DNA of 64,000 bases from Rhodospirillaceae bacterium. Lineage in GTDB: Bacteria; Pseudomonadota; Alphaproteobacteria; Azospirillales; Azospirillaceae. Under the pieces are notes generated by a model. The model had not been told where the DNA came from. It was given only the letters and a program-made list of their open reading frames with translations, and searched no databases. How positions within the stretch are numbered: position 1 is the first letter of the stretch; every line of letters begins with the position of its first letter. Both the position numbers and the translations under genes were made by a program. This document shows, piece after piece, positions 36,760 to 44,406 of the stretch. The stretch is from positions 16,943 through 80,942 of the forward strand of contig JBAXPR010000003.1 of assembly GCA_037132135.1 (NCBI GenBank), given 5' to 3'.

Positions 36760-38133
36760 ATGACCGACGCGCCGACGCGGAGGACTCGGACCCGGCACCC
36801 GAAGAAAGCGGGCGCGCGCGTCGTGGCCAGGGCGGTCCAGGACGAGGTCAATCTGGCGCTGGACCGCCATGAGGCGTTTCTCAAGCGGCGGGTCGGCGGC
36901 ATCCGGGCGGTGTTGAAGTTTCGCGATCTCTCCCACATCGATCTCTCAGGGCGGAACCTCTCGGAGTGCGACTTCACCGGCGCCACCCTCTTCGGCTGCA
37001 ATCTCCGCGACACCAAGCTGCACCACGCCAATCTCTTTGCCGTCGATCTGCGCTCGGCGATCATCGAGAATACCGATTTTCACCGCGCCGATCTGCGTGG
37101 CGCCGCCCTGCGGGGCGCGCGGATGAACGACGCCATCCTGACCGAAGCGGATCTGCGGTGCGGCGTAATGCTGCAACCGGGCATCGGCGGCGAACTGGTC
37201 GACCTCAAACACCGGATCGGCACCAGCGACATGACCATCGCGTCGGCCCAACGGGCCGACATGACCCGGGCCAAGATGAGCGATTCCTTCATCAGGCAGA
37301 CCGACCTGACCGACGCCATCCTGCGCAATGTCCGCTTCGTGCGCGCCGACCTCAGCCATTCCAACCTGACCGGCGCCACTTTGGAGGGCGCCGATCTCAC
37401 CGAGGCCAACCTCTCGGGCGCGATCCTGCACGGCGCCATCCTGTCGCGCAGTTGTCTGATGAACACCAATCTGCGCGATGCGGATTTGATCGGGGTGGTG
37501 CTGGATTCGGTCGATTTTTCCCAGGCCGATCTGACCAACGCCAGCATCGCCAGCCGTGTCGAAAACCTGGGTGGGCAGATCGGCGCCATCATCACCGCCC
37601 ATCTGGAATGGATCCAGTCGAATGGTCGCGAGGGCAAGAGGGTCAGTCTGGCCCGGACCGATATCGGGGGCGAAGACTTCAGTTCACTCAACCTTTCTGC
37701 CGGCGATTTCAGCTACGCGATCATGACCGGGGTCAATCTGACCAAATCATGTCTGGCCATGGCCGACTTGTCGTTTGCCGATCTCAGGGGCGCCGATCTG
37801 CGGCATGCCGATCTGCGCGGCGCCAATCTCAAGCGGGCGACGCTGAATGGCGCCTCGCTGCAGGGCGCCCGCCTCTCGGCGATGGCGCTCAGCCTGTCGA
37901 CCAACACCCAATGGCCGGCCAATCTCGAAAGCGCCCGTCTGCGCAGCGCCAATCTCGCCGGGTCCGATTTGCGCCAGGCCGTGCTCAACCAGTGCGATCT
38001 CACCCACGCCGACCTGCGTCAGGCGGATCTGCGCCGGGCGTCGCTGCGCAACGCAACCCTCACCCACGCCAATCTGAGCGGCGCCCAGCTCGAGGGCGCC
38101 GATCTCGAGGGCACGATCGACCTCAAGATCTAA
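36760..38133 (+). CDS. pentapeptide-repeat protein (457 aa)
   Basis: Long runs of A(D/N)LxG-type pentapeptides (ADLRGAALRGARMNDAILTEADLR, ADLSHSNLTGATLEGADLTEANLSGAIL, ...). Starts 31 nt after the bphP stop with AGGA about 11 nt upstream. Confidence 0.85.
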   Translation: MTDAPTRRTRTRHPKKAGARVVARAVQDEVNLALDRHEAFLKRRVGGIRAVLKFRDLSHIDLSGRNLSECDFTGATLFGCNLRDTKLHHANLFAVDLRSAIIENTDFHRADLRGAALRGARMNDAILTEADLRCGVMLQPGIGGELVDLKHRIGTSDMTIASAQRADMTRAKMSDSFIRQTDLTDAILRNVRFVRADLSHSNLTGATLEGADLTEANLSGAILHGAILSRSCLMNTNLRDADLIGVVLDSVDFSQADLTNASIASRVENLGGQIGAIITAHLEWIQSNGREGKRVSLARTDIGGEDFSSLNLSAGDFSYAIMTGVNLTKSCLAMADLSFADLRGADLRHADLRGANLKRATLNGASLQGARLSAMALSLSTNTQWPANLESARLRSANLAGSDLRQAVLNQCDLTHADLRQADLRRASLRNATLTHANLSGAQLEGADLEGTIDLKI

Positions 38134-39593
38134 GCCCGGTATGGCACCACGCGCTTGGGTGGGAAGCGGACGATGGCGGTGGTGCCGAGATTGGGCTCGC
38201 TGGAGATGGTCAGCGAGCCGCCATGGAGTTCGGCCATCACCCGCGTGATGTAAAGCCCAAGCCCGGTGCCCTGGTTGCGGGTGGTGTAGGGGTTGCCGAC
38301 CCGGCCGAACGGCTTCATCAAATTCGCCAGATCCTCGGCGCTGATCCCGATACCGGTGTCCTCGACCAGAAGAACCAAGGAGCCGTCCTCGTCACAGTAG
38401 CAACTGGTGGTGACCTGGCCGCCGGCCTGGGTGTACTTGACAGAGTTTGACAAAAGATTGATCAGAATCTGCCGCAACCGGCGAAAATCCGCATAGAGCG
38501 GCACCATATAGGGTATCGGCTGATACAGCAGATCCACGCCTTTTTCGCGGGCGATCCGGCTGACCATCTGGAGCGAGGAAGTGATGGCCAGATGGACATC
38601 GATGATCTGGCAGTCCAGCACCACCTTGCCGGCCTCGACCGCGGCGACGTCGAGGACATCGTTGACGATCGAGAGCAGATGCTTGCCCGAGGTGTTGATG
38701 ATCTCGGCGTATTCGCGATAGGTGTCGTGTTGCGCCTGCAGGATGTCCTGCTGGATGATTTCGGAGAAGCCGATGATCGAATTCAGCGGCGTGCGCAGCT
38801 CGTGGCTCATGCAGGCCAGGAAATGGGTCTTGGCCAGATTGCTCAGCTCGGCCTCGATCTTGGCTTCGCGCAGGTCTTCTTCCATCTGTTTGCGCTGGGT
38901 GATTTCGCGCAAGGAGGTCAGATAGGCCGCCTGCTCCAGCCAGTTGATCTTGACCACCCGCATCTCGGCGATCCGCCGGCCGCCGATCTCGATTTCGACG
39001 GCGCCGTCACCGACCACCGGAAAGCCGAACTGCTGGTTGATCAGGTCGCCGATCGGCCGGCCGAAGAGATCGGAGGCCGCCGGGTTGGCGAACAGCACGA
39101 TGCCGTCGATGTTGACCACCACCATGCTGTCGGGGAAGGTCGCGATCAGTTGGCGCAGGCTGGTCTCTGTCCGCTGCCGCTGCAGGAGATGGTGGAGCAG
39201 GCGCGGCACGATCCGGTGATCGAGATTCAGCTTGGCTAAAAACTCGGCCTCGTAGCCATGCACCGTGGTTGGGCTGACGCCGTTCGCGTCGGCTTCGCCG
39301 AGGACCACGATCGGCACCGCCTCGCCGACCACGGCCCGGACCTGGGCCAGAGTGTCCATGCCCTGGCTGTCGGGAAGGTCGAGATCGAGGATCACCATGT
39401 CAAAGGGATCGGTGCGCGCGATCTGCCTGGCCGAAGAGAGATCGGCGACCCGGTGGACGGAGAAGTCGACGGCGCTGCCTTCGCTCAGCACCTTTTCAAC
39501 GAAGCTGGCATCGGCGGGATCGTCATCGACCAGCAGCAGGCGGATCAGCTTGTCAGGTTGGGGTCCCGGTCGGGTCTGGACTGACTCCATCAC
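38130..39593 (-). CDS. REC-PAS-HisKA-HATPase histidine kinase (last gene of the kai operon)
   Basis: LLLVDDDPAD..VILDLDLPDSQG (REC), MSHELRTPLNSIIGFSEI (H-box), DTGIGIS..GTGLGLYITRVMAELHGG. ATGA overlap with the kaiC stop. Confidence 0.9.
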   Translation of the reverse strand: MMESVQTRPGPQPDKLIRLLLVDDDPADASFVEKVLSEGSAVDFSVHRVADLSSARQIARTDPFDMVILDLDLPDSQGMDTLAQVRAVVGEAVPIVVLGEADANGVSPTTVHGYEAEFLAKLNLDHRIVPRLLHHLLQRQRTETSLRQLIATFPDSMVVVNIDGIVLFANPAASDLFGRPIGDLINQQFGFPVVGDGAVEIEIGGRRIAEMRVVKINWLEQAAYLTSLREITQRKQMEEDLREAKIEAELSNLAKTHFLACMSHELRTPLNSIIGFSEIIQQDILQAQHDTYREYAEIINTSGKHLLSIVNDVLDVAAVEAGKVVLDCQIIDVHLAITSSLQMVSRIAREKGVDLLYQPIPYMVPLYADFRRLRQILINLLSNSVKYTQAGGQVTTSCYCDEDGSLVLLVEDTGIGISAEDLANLMKPFGRVGNPYTTRNQGTGLGLYITRVMAELHGGSLTISSEPNLGTTAIVRFPPKRVVPYRA

Positions 39594-41119
39594 GTGCCTC
39601 CCGAAAACATGCGTTCAAGATACTCCCGCTCCTCGCCCAGGGTGTAGGTGATGCTGCCGGTGAGAATGCCGCCGATACCGTGGAAGGTGCCGGCAATCTC
39701 CATACCATGGTCGGTGACGACATATTCGCGGATCTGCTTGTCGTGCCACGAGCCGCGCATCTTCAGCACGGTGATCGCCCGGTGCATGTTGCCCTGAAGC
39801 TCGACATAGCGCAGAAGCACGATCGAATCGGTGATGGTCGAGATGTGGGTCTCGGTAATCGACTCGCCGCCCATCAGCATGGTCGTGGTGTTGGTGAACA
39901 TGCCGGCGATTTCGCGGTGCTTGATGAAGCTGGTCAGCGCGATCACGAATTCGCGGAATGACTTCATGGTCGACACCCGTTCCAGCGCCGACAGGCTGTC
40001 GATCGCGATCGCGGTCGGCTTGAAGCGGTCGATCTCGCGCTGGATCTGGATCAAATGGTCTTCAAGGCCCATGGTTTCGGGATAGCGGCAGATGATGCGG
40101 AGCAGGCCCTGCTCCTCGGCGCTCTCGAAATCGACGCCCCAGGAGGTGGCGTTGCGCACCAGCTGCTCGCGGTTTTCCTCGAAGGCGAACAGGATCACCC
40201 GGTGACCGGCCTCGATGCCGCCCTTCATGAAGTGGCTGACCATCAGGGTCTTGCCGGTGCCGGTGGCGCCGCTGACCAGAATGATCGAATCCCGGAACAC
40301 GCCGCCGCCGCACATCTTGTCGAAGTCGGCGTTGCCCGAAGAGGTTCGGATGTTGGACGATTTCTGCTTCAGTTCGATCGCCGAGAGCGGAATGATCGTC
40401 ACCCCGGTCGAGGGGTCGATGGTGAACGGATACTCGCCCTTCTGGTGGGTGGTGCCGCGGAACTTGAGGATTTCGATCGTCCGGCGACGCTTCTCCTGCT
40501 CCAGCGGGTTGCGCAGGATGATCACGTTGTCGGCGACGAACTCCTCGACGCCGAAGCGCGCGATCTCGCCATATTCATGGACCCGCTCGATCGTGATCAG
40601 CGAGGTCACGCCCAGTTGGCGCATGCCCGAAACCACCCGGTGCAACTCCCGGCGCACGACGTTGCTGTCGGCGAACTGCGGGAAGATGGCGCCGACGGAA
40701 TCCAGAATCACCCGCGTTGCCCCGACCTTGCTCACCGCGTGCTCGATGCGGGCGAGCAGGGCCGAAAGATCGTAAGGCCCGGCCTCGCAGACGGTTTCGC
40801 CGGGCTCGGGCGAGGCGTCGACCAGGGCGATCCGCTTCTCGGCGATATAACGCCGGATCTCCCAACCCAGGCTGCCGACGTTGCGCGCAAGGTCCTCGGG
40901 CGATTCCTCGAAGGTGACGATGACGCCGTTCTCGTTGAACTGCTCGATGCCACTGACAAGGAACTGCAGGGAGAAAATCGTTTTGCCACTGCCTGCGGTG
41001 CCGGCGAGCAGTGTGGTCCGTCCCATGGGAATGCCGCCGTGGGCGATCTGATCGAAACCGGCGATTCCCACCGGGGTCTTTTTCAGGACCACCTCGTTCA
41101 GCGCGTGCGTCGTCGTCAT
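39590..41119 (-). CDS. kaiC: circadian-clock ATPase/autokinase KaiC homologue (509 aa)
   Basis: Duplicated RecA-like halves with Walker A GTAGSGKT and GATGTGKT. Catalytic Glu pairs VTFEES and FAFEEN. Phosphosite context ETHISTITDSIVLLRY and KMRGSWHDKQIREY. Confidence 0.95.
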   Translation of the reverse strand: MTTTHALNEVVLKKTPVGIAGFDQIAHGGIPMGRTTLLAGTAGSGKTIFSLQFLVSGIEQFNENGVIVTFEESPEDLARNVGSLGWEIRRYIAEKRIALVDASPEPGETVCEAGPYDLSALLARIEHAVSKVGATRVILDSVGAIFPQFADSNVVRRELHRVVSGMRQLGVTSLITIERVHEYGEIARFGVEEFVADNVIILRNPLEQEKRRRTIEILKFRGTTHQKGEYPFTIDPSTGVTIIPLSAIELKQKSSNIRTSSGNADFDKMCGGGVFRDSIILVSGATGTGKTLMVSHFMKGGIEAGHRVILFAFEENREQLVRNATSWGVDFESAEEQGLLRIICRYPETMGLEDHLIQIQREIDRFKPTAIAIDSLSALERVSTMKSFREFVIALTSFIKHREIAGMFTNTTTMLMGGESITETHISTITDSIVLLRYVELQGNMHRAITVLKMRGSWHDKQIREYVVTDHGMEIAGTFHGIGGILTGSITYTLGEEREYLERMFSGGT

Positions 41120-41451
41120 TGGCCAACTTCCTCTTCGCTAACATTCTTGAGCAGCTCAGGATCGTTGGTCCGATCAGATTTTCGGAGATCCAGTCCAAGC
41201 CCGAACAACACCTTGTCCCGCTGGCTCAGGTCGCCGATGACCTTGCGGGCCGGCGCGGGAAACCGTTTCACCAGGGTCGGCGTGGCAAGGATTTTCTCCT
41301 GCTCGGCGATCTCCGGATTCTCCAGGATATCAATGATTTCGTATTCACAAATCCCCTTCAGCTCGTTCTGACAGAGCAGGCGCAGGTTCATGACGGCATG
41401 TTGGGAAGCCAGGGAGCATCCCGTAATATAGAGACTCAAAATGCACTTCAT
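41116..41451 (-). CDS. kaiB: KaiB homologue (111 aa)
   Basis: LSLYITG..IDILENPEIAEQEKILATPTLVKRFPAPARKVIGDLSQRDKVL matches the conserved KaiB core. ATGA overlaps on both sides. Confidence 0.9.
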   Translation of the reverse strand: MKCILSLYITGCSLASQHAVMNLRLLCQNELKGICEYEIIDILENPEIAEQEKILATPTLVKRFPAPARKVIGDLSQRDKVLFGLGLDLRKSDRTNDPELLKNVSEEEVGQ

Positions 41452-42200
41452 ATAGGTTGCCTCCCCGAGAACAGTCGCCTAAAGCCGGTGCGATAATACT
41501 CCACCAGCATGCCCATCATTTCGAGGGCAAACAGGCGGCTATCGGCGGCAAAGGTATAGGCGAATCCCCTGTCGAGGGTCCTCCTGATGACATCAAGTGA
41601 TGCGGCATGAACGTCTATCATATCCCGGGGCGTCGCCCCAAGATTTCCAAGCTTCGTCGCCAGAACTTCCATGCCCGCATTCGGTTTGGCGATTTTCTTG
41701 GCAAGATGGTCAATGTACAGTTGGAGAAGGCCCTGATAGTCGGTCTGCAACTTGGCGAACAACGCCGCCTCGCGTTCCCGAATCGGCGAGACTCCGGCCA
41801 TCGCCCGGGTCACCGGCAAGCCGACCGGCGCCGCGGACAGAGCATGATCGCTGCGCGCCACCATCCGTAGCAGTTTGGCCTGTCCCTCGCGATAGCGCCT
41901 GAGGGCGAATGACACGATGGTACGCAGGCTTTCCGGGGTCATCTTGGTCTTGCTGAGATAGTCCTGCGCCCCGGCATCGATGCATATGACGCCGATGCCG
42001 TCGTCATCGGAGCCGGTCAGAACCACGGTGGGAACCTCGGCGGCGGTGGCGACGATTTTCCGGAGGGTGTCGAGGCCGTTGGAGTCCGGAAGTGTCAGGT
42101 CGAGCAGAACCAGGTCGAACACCGAAGAGGCGAGATGAGCCACCGCGTCCCTGAGGGTCTCCACCGAAACGATTTCATAACGAACATCCGCCGCTGCCAT
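41448..42200 (-). CDS. response-regulator receiver (lacking beta1-alpha1) fused to a KaiA/RsbU-like C-terminal helical domain; KaiA3-like candidate
   Basis: FDLVLLDLTLPDSNG, VVLTGSDD and YLSKTK are receiver hallmarks. The C-terminal ~110 aa (..YQGLLQLYIDHL..RDMIDVHAASLDVIRRTL..SRLFALEMMGMLVEYYR) resembles, from memory, the KaiA C-terminal domain. It is the first gene of the kaiB-kaiC operon. Confidence 0.75.
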   Translation of the reverse strand: MAAADVRYEIVSVETLRDAVAHLASSVFDLVLLDLTLPDSNGLDTLRKIVATAAEVPTVVLTGSDDDGIGVICIDAGAQDYLSKTKMTPESLRTIVSFALRRYREGQAKLLRMVARSDHALSAAPVGLPVTRAMAGVSPIREREAALFAKLQTDYQGLLQLYIDHLAKKIAKPNAGMEVLATKLGNLGATPRDMIDVHAASLDVIRRTLDRGFAYTFAADSRLFALEMMGMLVEYYRTGFRRLFSGRQPI

Positions 42201-42286
42201 CAGACTCGGCCGATGACCAGAGAATCACTCCGGTTGTCCTCGACCAGAAGCAGGCGACTGATGGTCCTCGGGGACTGCAACTCCAT
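42200..42286 (-). pseudogene. 28-codon ORF encoding the missing beta1-alpha1 of the downstream receiver domain (split or frameshifted REC)
   Basis: My translation is MELQSPRTISRLLLVEDNRSDSLVIGRV*, and its TGA overlaps the next ATG (TGATG). A -1 shift at 42200-42203 would read ..VIGRVLMAAADVRYEIV.., a continuous receiver domain. Confidence 0.6.
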
Positions 42287-42377
42287 GCACTGTTCCTGAC
42301 TGTGTGATGCGGCCAGCAACAAGCGATGTAGCGGGCAACCCGGGTCGAAGATTGGACAATACCGGGGATTTTCTGGG

Positions 42378-42390
42378 TTGTCCAGGACAA
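42378..42390. promoter_or_regulatory. perfect palindrome TTGTCCAGGACAA upstream of the kai operon (candidate operator)
   Basis: 6-bp arms around one central base. Read on the minus strand it lies in a 17-nt spacer between TTGCTA (42391-42396) and GAAAAT (42368-42373). A second GGACAATA copy sits 31 nt away (42354-42361). Confidence 0.4.
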
Positions 42391-42510
42391 TAGCAATGAC
42401 CGAAAAAGAACACTTTTGTGCTCGATGAGCATCCCAAGAATATCATTTAAGTGCCGGATAAATGCGCTCGACTTGTGGGGTCTTTAGCTTGATCCGGGGA
42501 AGGCGGCCCG

Positions 42511-42536
42511 GCGCCGGGACGGAACCGTCCCGGCGC
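42511..42536 (-). terminator. GC-rich palindromic hairpin downstream of the secreted-protein gene
   Basis: GCGCCGGGACGG/CCGTCCCGGCGC arms are near-contiguous (10-11 bp stem after loop formation). No U-tract, so terminator function is uncertain. Confidence 0.35.
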
Positions 42537-42544
42537 GCCCGCGT

Positions 42545-44128
42545 CTAGCGGCCGGCCGGCCGGGGCGCGGCGGCGGGCGGCGGGGTCTTGCGGCCCAGGC
42601 GGTCCTTCAGGCCTTGCACCAGCATGGTGATGTCGGCGCCATTAAGGAGAATGGCCCCGGTCCCGGCGACCTCGACCTTGTAGGTCCGGGCCTCACGGCC
42701 GGCGTCGTCCTTGGCCGGCAGGCCCATGACCTGAACCATGGTCAGCATCGAGAGCATGGTCCTGGTCTCTTCGGAGAGGGTATTTGGGCCCGGCGCCGGT
42801 TGCAGTTCCTTCATCGCGGCGTCGAAGCCGCGGATGGTCATATCGTATTGTGCGACCATGCCCATCGCCGCCGCGGCGTCGTATTGGGCCTGACCGGTCA
42901 GCTTGACCGTGGTCGCCGGGGTGTCGATGCCAAAGCGTTCGATGGTCAGGTGAGTGCCGGCCTCCGTCAGGGCGGCGTCGGCATCGGGCAGAAAGGCCTT
43001 CAGCGCCTGCTCGCCGCTGACGGTGTCCGGCGCCAGGGCCCGGTCGAGGGCCTGCCACAGGGCGTCATTGGGCAGATTGCGCGCGCTGAGGGAGAAGCGG
43101 GCGGCGGTGGGCAGGAATTCATGGAGGGTCGGCGGCGGCGTCACCGCCAGCGGGCCATGCTCGTAGGTGACCGAAAAGGTCGAGCGGCCCTGTTCGAGGC
43201 CGGCGAGCGCGGTCTGATAGTCGAAGGTCCCGAGGGATACCCCGGTCTCGATCATCGGCACTTTCACCATCAGATCGGCCAGATGGATGTGCAGGGCGGC
43301 ACCGTCGAACAGATCGTGGAGGCGGGTCAGGTAATGGCGGGCCGAGATCAGGGGGCCGGGCTTGGCCTTGGCGTCGGGCGGCGGCGGTGCCGCGGCATCC
43401 GGGGCCACGGCCGGCGGGTTCGGCGTGCGCCGGCTGAGCGCGAGCGCGATGTCGAGTCCCGAGACCCGGCCATCGATCATCGCCGAGCCCAGGCGGACCA
43501 TGTCATTGCCTTCGGCATACGGCACCACCACCGAGCCGAGGGCCAGGGCGACCGGACCACCCCACCGTCCGGGCTGGCTTTCGGCCAGGGCGCCGGTCAG
43601 GGAAAGGGTGGCGATGGTGATGGCGTGGCCGTCGGTGGGCGCGGTCAGGCGGAGATCGCGCAGGGAAACCTGCAACCCGGTCAGGGTATGGACTGCAGGT
43701 TGCCAGTGTCCCTCGATTTTCTGCGCGCCGAGCGCAATCTCCAGTTCGGGCCTGCCGGCCTTGTCGGCGAGGGTGAGGGCGGAGGGCAGGGCCAGGCTGA
43801 AAGCCCAGCCGCCGTCGGCTTCGGGCCGCAGATCGAGGATGAGGGTGCCAAGGGCGAGTTGCCGGCTGGTGCCGATGTGGGCGGTGACCTGCGGCAGTTC
43901 AGCGCGGTAGTGGTCGCCGGCGGGCGTGACCGTGACCGGCCCCTGCCACTGGCAGCGGAGCGGCAGAGAATAGGTCGCGAGCGGTTGGCAGGGGTCGGTG
44001 CTGAAGTCTGCCGCCAGTCGGGCCGCGGTTTCGGCGGTGATCGCCAAGGGCTCGGCGGCGTGCACGGCGCCGACCGAAATCCCCAGCAGGATGGCGCCGA
44101 GTATCGCTGTCATCCGGTCGCGGCTCAT
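42545..44128 (-). CDS. secreted/periplasmic protein of unknown function (527 aa)
   Basis: Signal peptide MSRDRMTAILGAILLGISVGAVHAAEP behind GAGGGGAG. Ala/Pro/Leu-rich mature protein with no motif I can name. Confidence 0.7.
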   Translation of the reverse strand: MSRDRMTAILGAILLGISVGAVHAAEPLAITAETAARLAADFSTDPCQPLATYSLPLRCQWQGPVTVTPAGDHYRAELPQVTAHIGTSRQLALGTLILDLRPEADGGWAFSLALPSALTLADKAGRPELEIALGAQKIEGHWQPAVHTLTGLQVSLRDLRLTAPTDGHAITIATLSLTGALAESQPGRWGGPVALALGSVVVPYAEGNDMVRLGSAMIDGRVSGLDIALALSRRTPNPPAVAPDAAAPPPPDAKAKPGPLISARHYLTRLHDLFDGAALHIHLADLMVKVPMIETGVSLGTFDYQTALAGLEQGRSTFSVTYEHGPLAVTPPPTLHEFLPTAARFSLSARNLPNDALWQALDRALAPDTVSGEQALKAFLPDADAALTEAGTHLTIERFGIDTPATTVKLTGQAQYDAAAAMGMVAQYDMTIRGFDAAMKELQPAPGPNTLSEETRTMLSMLTMVQVMGLPAKDDAGREARTYKVEVAGTGAILLNGADITMLVQGLKDRLGRKTPPPAAAPRPAGR

Positions 44129-44391
44129 GAGTTTGGCTCCCCTCAGGTCTGATCGGGTGGTTATAGCAAAGAACGCAGCCGGTCGTGAGCCTGAAGCACA
44201 GGGACCGCGCCGCGGCGTCATGACGGCCCGGCATGGTCAGGGCGGCGCTGATGCCATGGCTGATGGTTCGGTGCCGGCGCGGCCGGCTTCGGCGCCGGGT
44301 CGCCCGATCCCCGCGTCGCTGCCGAAGCGGTGGCCCCCCGGGGGGGGCGCGGGCCGCTTGCGCCCGGCGATGATCAAACGTCCATTACATT

Positions 44392-44406
44392 AGGACTTAC
44401 AGTCCT
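44392..44406. promoter_or_regulatory. inverted repeat AGGACT-TAC-AGTCCT upstream of the CarH-like gene (candidate operator)
   Basis: 6-bp perfect arms. Followed by GTCCTGAACA (44402-44411) and GTCCTGGACAA (44432-44442), 30 nt apart. Confidence 0.35.

Noticed and set aside
35232-38133. Looked for a heme oxygenase (bphO) next to bphP
   Set aside because: No candidate ORF lies on either side. Biliverdin supply must come from a gene outside this window, so nothing is annotated.
44333-44346. C6G7 homopolymer palindrome (CCCCCCGGGGGGG)
   Set aside because: It lies in a non-coding region with no flanking structure I could interpret. It may be slippage-prone, but there is no evidence of function.
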